A stretch of DNA of 64,000 nucleotides, from assembly GCF_965221945.1 (NCBI RefSeq), contig NZ_OZ244925.1, positions 3,466,091-3,530,090 on the forward strand, read 5' to 3'. This stretch comes from Candidatus Poriferisodalis sp. Lineage in GTDB: Bacteria; Actinomycetota; Acidimicrobiia; Acidimicrobiales; Poriferisodalaceae. The translations under genes were made by a program, and so were the position numbers. The notes under the pieces were generated by a model. It was given only the letters and a program-made list of their open reading frames with translations. It was not told the DNA's origin and did no database searches. Numbering within the stretch: the first letter of the stretch is position 1; the number at the start of each line of letters is the position of its first letter. This document shows positions 54,518 to 62,734 of this stretch, one piece after another.

Positions 54518-55744
54518 CTATGGGTGCAGGGCGAACGGGTTGAGGAATTGGCGGCCCCACAAGCGTTCGCGGTCGGCCTGGGACAGTTGCGCGGCGTCGC
54601 AGACGTCTTGCCAGTGCTCGGTGATCGTGTCGATGTGGCTGTCGATGATGGCTTGGGCTTCGTGGCTGTCGAGGTGATAGATGTGGGCGTGCTCGGCGCA
54701 GCGGGCGGCTTGGCTGAGGCGTTCGCCGTTGGGGCCATAGGCCATTGCCTGGTGGGCCTCGCCTCCTGTGCGTTGTTGGGGGCAGATGTCGTATGCGGGT
54801 GTGAGGGTGAGCTCGCGGCCGTTCCAGAAGGCGGAGTGGTTCTTGGCGTGGTCGTCGGTGTTGCTGACGAAGATGTTGAACACGATCCGGGAGAACAGCT
54901 CCCGCAGGGTCGCGTCGGGGGAACCGAACCGGGCTCGGATCGAGTCGGCGAGTGCGGCATATGTCGCGTAGCGGCCGGCGATTCCGTGGGCGTCGTGGAG
55001 GTCCAAGATGGTCAGCGCAGAGATCATCATCCGGCGTTTGCGCGGCGGTGAGCGGTCGAAGCGGCGCACGAGCAGCACGTCACGGCCGGCGGCGGCGGCG
55101 AACTCGACCCGGGCGGTGTCGATCCCCGCGCGGCGGGCGAGTTCCATCGCGATGTACTCGGCCTTCACGACGGGGTAGGTGTCGCGAGAAGACGTGAACT
55201 TGGCGATCACGCCTGTGCGTTGGTCGCGCAGTGCGACCTTGGGACGCGCACCGCCGATCGAGGTGCCGTCCAGCAGCGCCCGCTCCAGTGCGGGCGGCAG
55301 CGGCTGGCCGTCTTCGACGCGCTGTGCGGCCTCGGCGAGCTGGCCGAGATCGGCGCCTTCGCCGCTTCGAGGGGTGTACTCGGTCGCGCTCGCCTGGAAG
55401 TCGAGCGCGCCAGCTCGGTCCGAGCCTGATTCGAGCAGGTACGCGAGCTCGGACAGATCGGTGTCCGACGCCCGCAGCCGGTACTCGATCACTCGACGTC
55501 CCCATGCGTCGGGCGCGGCATCGGCGATGCACCCCGGCAGCGTTCCCGAGGTGGGCGCGATCTCGCCGCTGCGCAAGGGCAGATCCGGCAGGTACAGCGC
55601 GATCGCGTCGGGATTGGCCAGGTAGCTGCGCCCGTAGGTGAAGGTCACCGCGCCGCTGCCGTGATCGTCGAGACGCCCGGCGACGACGGCCTCGTCTGCG
55701 TCCGGAAGCCATACCCAGACATACACCGTTGCGGGGTGCTGCAT
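54518..55744 (-). CDS. hipA: HipA-family Ser/Thr kinase toxin
   Basis: SIGGARPKVALRD, NTDDHAKNHSAFW, LTPAYDICP are HipA signatures. Confidence 0.85.
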   Translation of the reverse strand: MQHPATVYVWVWLPDADEAVVAGRLDDHGSGAVTFTYGRSYLANPDAIALYLPDLPLRSGEIAPTSGTLPGCIADAAPDAWGRRVIEYRLRASDTDLSELAYLLESGSDRAGALDFQASATEYTPRSGEGADLGQLAEAAQRVEDGQPLPPALERALLDGTSIGGARPKVALRDQRTGVIAKFTSSRDTYPVVKAEYIAMELARRAGIDTARVEFAAAAGRDVLLVRRFDRSPPRKRRMMISALTILDLHDAHGIAGRYATYAALADSIRARFGSPDATLRELFSRIVFNIFVSNTDDHAKNHSAFWNGRELTLTPAYDICPQQRTGGEAHQAMAYGPNGERLSQAARCAEHAHIYHLDSHEAQAIIDSHIDTITEHWQDVCDAAQLSQADRERLWGRQFLNPFALHP

Positions 55745-55748
55745 CGGT

Positions 55749-56075
55749 TCAGAAGTCGTCGTCGACTGCACGGCGGCGCGTTCGGGCGGGCAGCACAGCG
55801 AGACGCGCGTCGACCAGCTCTGCCTCCCGGGCACGCACCGACGCGTCATGGCTGAACAGACGCACGCCGACTAGCGCGGCCGCTTCGAACGCTGTCCCCA
55901 GCGCTACGGTTGGGTCGCCTCGCTCGACCTTTCGCATCGTGACCTCACTGGTGCCGACGCGCTCAGCGAGATCCGCGAGAGTCCACCTGCGCTCCCGCCG
56001 ACCGAGCGCCACGCGGCGCCCGAGCAGTCGGGCAGCTTCCAACGTGACCTTGCTCCGCGGCCCCTTCGCTTCCAT
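55749..56075 (-). CDS. hipB: HipB-like XRE-family HTH antitoxin
   Basis: WTLADLAERVGTSEVTMRKVERGDP. It ends 4 nt before the hipA ATG. Confidence 0.75.
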   Translation of the reverse strand: MEAKGPRSKVTLEAARLLGRRVALGRRERRWTLADLAERVGTSEVTMRKVERGDPTVALGTAFEAAALVGVRLFSHDASVRAREAELVDARLAVLPARTRRRAVDDDF

Positions 56076-56119
56076 GGTCGATATTATAATATGGTTTACA
56101 GGTATTGACCATCGGTAAA

Positions 56120-56560
56120 TTACGTATTCTGCCAGCGACGGCCGACGTTCCCCGCCGGATCGGGGCTCAGCAGGTCCTGCGGGCTGATGGCGGGGATCGG
56201 CGATCGCTCGTAGTCCCTCAGGTTCCGTGTGACGATGCATCGGGCGCCGCACGCACGAGCGGCTGCCACCTGCAGAGCGTCCTCGAAGTCGTCCATCGGG
56301 AGCCCGGCGGCGTACCGAACCGAATCGGTGTCTGTAGTGGCGACGCTGACGAACGCAACGAGCTCAGTCACGAAGTCGCGCGTCCGGATATCTCCCTGCA
56401 CGGGCGCGACGAGGTAGTACAGGTTCGATACCGAATGCCACGCGATGGCGGCCCGTTCGAAGCCCAGCTCGATCCGCTCGAGCACCTCGACTGCGGCCGC
56501 CGCGTGCGGATCGCGGTCGAGAGCGACATCGATGAGCACATCGGTGTCCAGCAGGATCAT
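56120..56560 (-). CDS. vapC: VapC-type PIN-domain toxin
   Basis: MILLDTDVLIDVAL..., DFEDALQVAAA, IVTRNLRDY. Confidence 0.8.
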   Translation of the reverse strand: MILLDTDVLIDVALDRDPHAAAAVEVLERIELGFERAAIAWHSVSNLYYLVAPVQGDIRTRDFVTELVAFVSVATTDTDSVRYAAGLPMDDFEDALQVAAARACGARCIVTRNLRDYERSPIPAISPQDLLSPDPAGNVGRRWQNT

Positions 56561-56781
56561 CGAAGGTACTTGCCGGCCAAAGCCGCATATCGGGCATCAT
56601 CCCGCTCCGCTGGACTGAACCGGCCACGCCAACGCGACGCAAACGACGGCTCGCCTTCGTCAATGACCTCGCGCAAGGACATCTCGATCAGCGACGACAA
56701 CGACACGCCCTGCGCACGCGCGTGGCGCTTCGCCGCGGGAACGAGGTTCGAATCGACAGTGATGGTGAGCTTCTGCTTCAT
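56557..56781 (-). CDS. small antitoxin (DUF6364/RHH-like) of the PIN toxin
   Basis: MKQKLTITVDSNLVPAAKRHARAQGVSLSSLIEMSLRE. 4-nt overlap with vapC. Confidence 0.6.
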   Translation of the reverse strand: MKQKLTITVDSNLVPAAKRHARAQGVSLSSLIEMSLREVIDEGEPSFASRWRGRFSPAERDDARYAALAGKYLR

Positions 56782-56935
56782 TGCTGACCGCGCCTTGCCT
56801 GGATGTCGGCACAGCATATACGGCATCGTTGACTACGTACACGTATATCGCTCCTCGGCACATGATGCCGTGGCTTGCGCTGGAGTAGGTAACCGCCGTG
56901 CAGCGGACGTGGGATTGCAGCCCACAAGTGAGCAC

Positions 56936-57047
56936 AGACGCGAGGAGCCCCGGGGCCGAAACCCCGGGGCTCCCTCTCAGTTTTGGCTGTCCCGATCGGG
57001 CGGGCAGGCCACCCGACCGTTCAGTTCAACTGTGCAGCTAGCTCCTA
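56936..57047 (-). repeat. two-hairpin 3' element, copy 8
   Basis: Same subtype as copy 2. GGAGCCCCGGGGCCGAAACCCCGGGGCTCC (56944-56973). It abuts the stop at 57045-57047. Confidence 0.9.
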
Positions 57048-57495
57048 CTCGGGAGCGTCGACGGCGCTGCTGCGTCCGATGCGGACTTGCGACGCAGCGT
57101 TCTTCTCGTCGTTGTCAGCGACGGGTGCGTAGCCAGTAGCGATCGCCGCAACAGCGGCCGCTTGCTCATCGGTATCCGTATTCGGGTCGTCCGAAACAGC
57201 GTCGGCACCAGCCGCCGTGGTCACGAGGTCACGCACCTGCGGCAGCGCTGCTGCGTTGTTGGTGATCGCCTCGTCGCGCACGGTGGTCTTCGGGCCAACG
57301 AACGTCTCCGGGCTGCCCAAGGTAAGGGCGGTGGTCACCGCAGCGGTGTCAGCCAGGCCGTTGTCACGGTCGACGACGTCCTTGACGATGTCCTCAAGCA
57401 GCCCAGTGTCGGTAACAGTCTGCACGTAGCCGTTGACTTCGGCTGTGTCACGGCCAGCAATCATGATGGCGCTGATCGTCGAACGGGCGGCGGCA
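57045..57495 (-). pseudogene. promoterless, internally deleted 3' fragment of S-layer family
   Basis: STISAIMIAGRDTAEV (compare PTISVIMIAGRSTAEV of protein A) is fused to a variable C-terminal block. Ends SQVRIGRSSAVDAPE. Confidence 0.7.
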
Positions 57496-57595
57496 CGCAA
57501 CATGCTGAACGAGCTCGCCGCTGCCGGGGTGGTACGTCCGGTCGGAAACACACGCGCGCGCCGCTACCACTGGGTCGAGGACCGTGCCGAGAGCT

Positions 57596-57710
57596 GACCA
57601 ATGCTGAGCAGTTGAGCAGCAACCCGGTTCCCGCTTCGATGCGGGACACGATCGTGGCTTTCTGGCCGACATCGCCTATTGACAGCCCTCGTGATCTGGT
57701 CGGCAAAGCG
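57596..57710 (+). pseudogene. fragment of the Swt1-like HEPN gene, inverted orientation
   Basis: PVPASMRDTIVAFWPTSPIDSPRDLVGKAL, compare PVSMRDTIVAFWPTSPIDSARDLVGKAL. It is cut by the IS1182 end. Confidence 0.65.
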
Positions 57711-57905
57711 CTAGGAGGGTGGTCGGCAATTGGGGTGTGTTGTGCGTGCGCGGTTGTGTGACCGGTGGTGGTGGTCGGGTTGCCCCGGGTTGTGGGTTCG
57801 GGCCGGGGTGAGGCGTATCTGACTCTTCGCGACGGATCGAGTTGGGATTCAGGCCGTATCCGATGGTCGCTGGCGGGTTGTGGTTGGTGAGGGTAGTCGG
57901 CGGGT

Positions 57906-58958
57906 TCATCGCTGGCTCCGGTGCCAGGCTCGGCGTTGTTCGTCGGCGATTCGCATGCCGTGGGTGCGGGCTGCGCGGATGGTGTCGCCGCGGCCGTCGT
58001 GTTCGTCGTTGGGGGTGACGTAGCCGATCGCTTCGTGCAGCCGGACGCTGTTGTGGTGGACCCGGACGCGTTCGAGTTCGGCGGCGAGCACGGCCGGGTC
58101 GGTGATCGTGGTCAGGTGTGGGTGCTCGCGTTTGACGTGGCCCCACAGCGACTCGATCCACGCCTGGTCGGTCGGGGTCGACGGGCGACCGAAGTGTTGG
58201 GCGATCGAGCACAGCGCCATGAACCGGCGGGTCTCGTTGGCGTGCATCTCGGTCCCGTTGTCCGAGACCGCCAGCAGCAACGGCGCCTGGTCGCCGTCGG
58301 GGAGCGCGGTGTCGGGGTCGGTGAGGCGGGCTCGGAGCTCGTCGGTGAGCAGTCCCTCGTTGTCGAGCCCGCGGCTGAACAGGACCCGGGCGGCGACCGA
58401 GTCCGGGTTGGCGGTGAGGCGGGTCGAGATCCACTTGCGGGACACGAGGTCGACAATCGCGTACGCGTGCTTGGCGGCGACGCAGCGTTCGAACTGGGAG
58501 CCGTCCCAGCACCACAGCTGGTTCGGGTGCCACTCACACCAGTGCGGCCACGGCGTCTTCACGGTCCGTGCCGGTCGTGGAGCTCCTTGCAGGGCAAGGC
58601 CGTGACGGGCCAGCACCCGATCGACGGTCGACGGCGACGCCCACACCCGTTGCTCGTAGGAGCCGCGGTGAGCGAGCTTGCGATGCGACCGGTCCACGTC
58701 GCCCCACTCGTCGAACAACGCCAAGATCTCAGCCTCCTCCCACTCCAAGAGCCCGTGGATCGGGTTCCCGCCCGGGCGGGCGTCATCGAGCCCGCCCCCG
58801 GCTCGGCGCTGCTGCCACCGCCACGCCCGACCCCGGTCCAGCTCGACCACCGCGCACGCCCGGTTCAGCGTCCAGCCGGCATCGACCGCATCGTCGATCA
58901 AGGACAGCAACGCCGCCTTGGCGGTCCCATCGACACGGGCGGGAACCGGACCGCTCAT
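57906..58958 (-). CDS. transposase OrfB (rve integrase core, DDE)
   Basis: HPNQLWCWDGSQF, VSDNGTEM, QAWIESLWG give D-D-35-E spacing. ATG 58958 overlaps the OrfA stop (ATGA). Confidence 0.8.
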   Translation of the reverse strand: MSGPVPARVDGTAKAALLSLIDDAVDAGWTLNRACAVVELDRGRAWRWQQRRAGGGLDDARPGGNPIHGLLEWEEAEILALFDEWGDVDRSHRKLAHRGSYEQRVWASPSTVDRVLARHGLALQGAPRPARTVKTPWPHWCEWHPNQLWCWDGSQFERCVAAKHAYAIVDLVSRKWISTRLTANPDSVAARVLFSRGLDNEGLLTDELRARLTDPDTALPDGDQAPLLLAVSDNGTEMHANETRRFMALCSIAQHFGRPSTPTDQAWIESLWGHVKREHPHLTTITDPAVLAAELERVRVHHNSVRLHEAIGYVTPNDEHDGRGDTIRAARTHGMRIADEQRRAWHRSQR

Positions 58959-59302
58959 CCCGGGCGCGATTTTCCCCGCAGCACCGCCAACTCGACGGCC
59001 TGCTCGACCACCGTCGCCTGGAGCCGGTCGACCTCGGCCCCCAACGCCGCGGCCTCCGACGCCTCCTGGCGAGACTGACGCGGCCGGCCCGGCCTCGACG
59101 CCCCCAGCGCCGCGATCGCTCCATCGCGGGCAACCGCTCGCAGCCGGGTGATCACCGACCGATCCACCCCAGCCTCGGCTGCCGCGTCGGCCTGGGAGAT
59201 CTGCCCCGTCAGCATCCCCAGCCACAAGTCGTACTTCTGCTCTGCTGTCAGCATCCGCTTCGGCTTCCGCGGTGTCGATGTCATCGTTGACGGCCTCCAC
59301 AA
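58955..59302 (-). CDS. transposase OrfA (HTH)
   Basis: RMLTAEQKYDLWLGMLTGQISQADAAAEAGVDRSVITRL plus a coiled-coil tail. Confidence 0.7.
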   Translation of the reverse strand: MWRPSTMTSTPRKPKRMLTAEQKYDLWLGMLTGQISQADAAAEAGVDRSVITRLRAVARDGAIAALGASRPGRPRQSRQEASEAAALGAEVDRLQATVVEQAVELAVLRGKSRPG

Positions 59303-59394
59303 TCAAGGCCAGCAACCATCTCAGATGCAGTCTGAAAGAACCAGGATCCCGTCGCGCGAAGTCAGACGCACCACAGGGGGTGGGCGCGGGTGTG

Positions 59395-60969
59395 TTACCC
59401 GATGATGCCCAGGCGGCCGGCTCGGTCGAGGTTGAGGGCGGCGATTCGCAGGTCGAGCCACAGGTTGGCTTTGTCGAGGCCGCGCCAGGGGACGCGTTTG
59501 GTGCGGGACTTGATCTGGGCGATCTTGCGTTCGGCCTGGGATCGCAGTCGGTATCTGGCGAGGAATTCGGGTTCGTGGCGTTGTGCTCTTGCGGGGGCGA
59601 GGAGTTCTTCGTATGGGTTGATCTCGATGATGCGGCCGCCGTCGCGTGTGGTGCATCGGGGCTTGAGCTCGCACGCTGAGCAGTCCGTTGCTGCGAACCG
59701 CGCCTGGCGCCGTTTGTCGCCGTTCGGCGGCGGGATGGGTGCGGTGTTGCCTTGCGGGCAGGTGATCGTGGCGGTTTCGATGTCGATGTCGAAGTCGGCT
59801 TTGGTGAGCATGCCTTCGCGGGCCGGGATCGGCGCGGCGGGCGCGACCAGGTCGATGCCTCGGTCGGCCATCGCCTGACGGGTGAGCCCCGATCCGTAGT
59901 GGGTGTCGGCGATGATCTCGGCGACCGGGACCGGGTCGGCGTCGATGAGGTCACCGATCACCGCGGCGTCGTGGGCGGTCGCGAGCGTCGCGGTCGCTGA
60001 GGTGATCAGGTCCGAGTCCACATCCGCGGACACGTGCAGCTTGTAGCCGTCGTAGCGGTCGGTGCGCGAACGGTGCCCGTGCCGGGCGTCGGGATCGACT
60101 GTGGAGATGACCCGGCCCGGGGCCACCCGCTGAGCTATCCGTGCCGTTTCGACACCGTCACCATCGGCGACCAACTCGATGTCCTGGCCCGCCACGACCC
60201 CCAACAGCTCGACTGCCGCTGCCAGGCCGGGATCGTCGAAACCGGCACAGAACCCCACCACGGTCTCGGCGTCGCCGAACAGCTCCGCGACCAAAGCAGC
60301 CCGCGCGCACGGATCAGCCCACATGATCTGCGGCTTGGCCCCCCGGCCGTAGTCGTCGCGCGACAACAGCCCCACCAACTCCGCTGCGGCATCGGCGTCG
60401 ACCGCTGCCAGCGCCCCGAGGCAGCTGCGGACCCCGCAGCGGATCAAGGTGATCGTGTCCTGGGTCAGCACGCAGTCCGCCACACCGGTCGAGTCCATCG
60501 TGCGACGATGGCCGATCACCCCGGCGCGTCTGGCAGCGATCTTGACCCGATCCCCCAAGAAAGACTCCATCCCGGCGCGCACCAGCCGCGCCCGGAACTC
60601 CACCAGCACCACATGCGCGATCCCGCGATGCTCCAACGGCAAACCCAACGCCGCTTTCCACGACATATCGAACCGCGAACGCCGCTCAGCCTCACGATCG
60701 GACACGCCATAGAACAACTGCAACAACAACAACGCCGCCACCACCGACGGCGGATGCGACGGCCGGCCCCGGCCCGACGCATACAACGCATCAAAATCCG
60801 CGTCGCAGAACAGCTCCCCCCGAGCCTGCCCCAACGACACCAAGAATCCCTCAGAGTCGAGCAGATCGCCCACCATCACCCCGACATCAAAAATCGAACC
60901 CTGACCATCAGCCGAAACACGCACCCCACCATCATCCGCGATCACAACCCCCAACACGAGGACCCACAC
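59395..60969 (-). CDS. IS1182-family transposase (DUF772 + DDE_Tnp_1_6)
   Basis: GRPSHPPSVVAALLLLQLFYGVSDREAERRSRFDMSWKAALGL is a typical N-terminus. The DDE region is present (ISTVDPDARHG, ADTHYG). Confidence 0.8.
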   Translation of the reverse strand: MWVLVLGVVIADDGGVRVSADGQGSIFDVGVMVGDLLDSEGFLVSLGQARGELFCDADFDALYASGRGRPSHPPSVVAALLLLQLFYGVSDREAERRSRFDMSWKAALGLPLEHRGIAHVVLVEFRARLVRAGMESFLGDRVKIAARRAGVIGHRRTMDSTGVADCVLTQDTITLIRCGVRSCLGALAAVDADAAAELVGLLSRDDYGRGAKPQIMWADPCARAALVAELFGDAETVVGFCAGFDDPGLAAAVELLGVVAGQDIELVADGDGVETARIAQRVAPGRVISTVDPDARHGHRSRTDRYDGYKLHVSADVDSDLITSATATLATAHDAAVIGDLIDADPVPVAEIIADTHYGSGLTRQAMADRGIDLVAPAAPIPAREGMLTKADFDIDIETATITCPQGNTAPIPPPNGDKRRQARFAATDCSACELKPRCTTRDGGRIIEINPYEELLAPARAQRHEPEFLARYRLRSQAERKIAQIKSRTKRVPWRGLDKANLWLDLRIAALNLDRAGRLGIIG

Positions 60970-61013
60970 CCAGACTTTCCGACCACCCTCCTAGGGCTTA
61001 TCGACTCAATTGC

Positions 61014-61698
61014 TTGATGGGAAGACGCCGGCACCCCAGACGTGACGGTCTCAGGCGACGCGTCGGCACCCGGGAGCCAAAGCGCACGTTCCTCGTATTG
61101 TGTGAGGGCGAGAAGACAGAGCCGGGTTACCTAGCGGCCCTGCGAAGACTCCCAGATGTCAAGGATGTCGCAGAAGTCGAAATCCGGGTGGACACATCTC
61201 ACGCCGGAGATGCGCCGCTGACCCTCGTTCAGGCCGCGATCGATCTCAAGAACCGCAACGACGAGATTGACGAAGTGTGGTGTCTGTATCGACGTCGAGG
61301 CCCCGGACCCTCACCCGAATCTAGTTCAAGCACGGGCTCTGGCGCAGACGAACAACGTGCGCGTTGCAATCTCAAACCCTTGCTTCGAAATCTGGCTTGT
61401 TATGCACTTCAAGCCCCATACGAGGTGGCTGAGCACGGCCGAAGCCGTCCGGCGTCGTCGCGAATGCGATGGCAGCACCGGGAAAGAAGTCGACGGAACT
61501 CTCTACATGGCAGACCGATGGGTGGCGGCAGCGCATGCTCGTCGTCTGCGAGACAAGCATGTCGACGAGGCAACTCTATTTCCTGACGACAACCCGTCTT
61601 CGGGCATGTTCGAGCTATTGGAAGCCATCGAGCAGCGCAGCGCCACCCATAGCGCTTCCTCGATGCCCGGCAGGACGGGAAGTTCGATGGGTCCTTGA
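61014..61698 (+). pseudogene. RloB-like (AbiLii-type) gene with a +1 frameshift near 61284-61288
   Basis: Frame 1 reads RTFLVLCEGEKTEPGYL...DEIDEVWCL. Frame 2 reads IDVEAPDPHPNL...ISNPCFEIWLVMHF. Together these give the RloB pattern. Confidence 0.6.
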
Positions 61699-61717
61699 CC
61701 GAGGACGTTGCGGTCGT

Positions 61718-62383
61718 TCACGCTCTGGCCAGCAGCTCACGCGCAGCGCGCTGCGAGCGTTCGTCTTCTGACTCCAACAGGTCGACTGCGACGACCGGGG
61801 CGGGTGCGACTCGCTGGCCGGCCTCGAAAGGCCAGTCATCGTCGTTGACCACCCGCAGGCGGACATTGGGCCTGTCTGAATCCGCATCAAGAGCGAAGCG
61901 ATCGGCCAGTTCGGCGACTCGTGATTCCGGCACATATGCCTCGGACTGGTCGCTGACCACGAGGTCGACGTGGTGGTCGCTCACAGCGCTGACCCCGCTC
62001 GCGACCAAGCTGGGGTGCGAGAGCATCTCTGAGCGAACGCCTGGATGGGCATAGAACCATCGGCTCTGGGCTCGGCTCGACAGGCGTTTGGCGAGTGGTT
62101 CGAGCCCGATCTGCAGCCGCTTCTTGGCCCGTGACCGGTCGACTGGCGATCCTCGCACAGCGTCCCGGTTGGCCAGCGCCAACACGTTCCAGGCTGACGA
62201 TGGGCTCCACGGTCGGCCGGACTCGGGCCGAGCGCGTGCAAATCGCTGGATCTCAGCACGGTCAAGCACCCATGATCGTCCGATGCGGTGACCGCCCAGC
62301 TGACCTGCGGCCACCATCTGGTGGACGCGACGAGGACTGACCCCCAACTGTGCCGCAGTTTCGGCTACGCCCACAGGTTCCAT
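61718..62383 (-). CDS. excisionase/MerR-type HTH protein with uncharacterised C-terminal domain
   Basis: VAETAAQLGVSPRRVHQMVAAGQLGGHRIGRSWVLDRAEIQRF (HTH_17-like). Confidence 0.5.
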   Translation of the reverse strand: MEPVGVAETAAQLGVSPRRVHQMVAAGQLGGHRIGRSWVLDRAEIQRFARARPESGRPWSPSSAWNVLALANRDAVRGSPVDRSRAKKRLQIGLEPLAKRLSSRAQSRWFYAHPGVRSEMLSHPSLVASGVSAVSDHHVDLVVSDQSEAYVPESRVAELADRFALDADSDRPNVRLRVVNDDDWPFEAGQRVAPAPVVAVDLLESEDERSQRAARELLARA

Positions 62384-62450
62384 ATCATAAATATACGTAT
62401 ATCAGCAGTGTTTTGCAATCAGGGCTTGTCAGCCCTCGAACTCAGTAACG

Positions 62451-62506
62451 CAAGAAGCCCCGGGGCTCCTCGTTGTTGGTCTTTGCCGACCCGGTGGGCA
62501 GGCCAC
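62451..62506 (-). repeat. 3' element copy 9, collapsed hairpin 2 and truncated hairpin 1
   Basis: GAAGCCCCGGGGCTCCTCGTTGTTGGTCTTTGCCGACCCGGTGGGCAGGCCAC, then unrelated sequence. Confidence 0.8.
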
Positions 62507-62734
62507 TGGCTGCAATCTCGGCATCAACGCCCTTCTCTGGAGATCGCCGAAAACGAAATACGGGGAGCGGCTTCCGCCGCCCCCCGGGTGTTTCATACAG
62601 GCAGTCCAGCGATAGCCGACCGCCTGGGGACCTGATGGCTGCTGTCCCCACTATCGCCTGCCACTAGGACGGAAGTCGCTTTGCCCTTGTTGGCGGGCTC
62701 GGCCCGAGGCCGGCGCAGGGTGCGGCGCTTGACA

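Larger units (their letters stand above)
57743..59387 (-). mobile_element. IS3-family-like (rve DDE) element nested in the IS1182 copy; ends approximate
   Basis: A two-ORF transposase is flanked by the direct repeat GGGTGTGTT (57734-57742 and 59388-59396). Terminal inverted repeats could not be resolved by eye. Confidence 0.5.
57711..60994 (-). mobile_element. IS1182-family insertion sequence, interrupted by a nested IS
   Basis: 16-bp perfect terminal inverted repeats CTAGGAGGGTGGTCGG (57711-57726) and CCGACCACCCTCCTAG (60979-60994) enclose the 524-aa transposase. Confidence 0.7.

Noticed and set aside
54370-55051. ORFs 54370-54960 (-) and 54422-55051 (+) upstream of and overlapping hipA
   Set aside because: They overlap the well-supported hipA frame or the S-layer leader. 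They are Pro/Thr/Ser- or Gly/Val-rich shadow frames.
56747-56757. tRNA T-arm-like GGTTCGAATCG, considered because integrase remnants suggest a tRNA attachment site
   Set aside because: It lies inside the antitoxin coding sequence and no acceptor or anticodon arms can be folded around it. No tRNA-like cloverleaf was found next to either integrase remnant.
57906-59954. 682-aa ORF and other long ORFs across the IS elements (57676-58533 -, 57921-59078 +)
   Set aside because: Only the C-terminal 350 aa (from ATG 58958) form the rve transposase. The upstream part crosses OrfA and the IS1182 3' end in a Pro/Ser/Thr/Arg-rich non-coding frame.
31686-62506. Integron-like cassette array, with the recurring element acting as attC
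   Set aside because: Most island genes share one orientation and the element sits at ORF 3' ends. However, it folds as two separate hairpins rather than one long imperfect palindrome with R''/L''-L'/R' cores. No GTTRRRY/RYYYAAC pair is evident and no IntI-type integrase or attI is present. The only tyrosine recombinases are deleted P4-type remnants.
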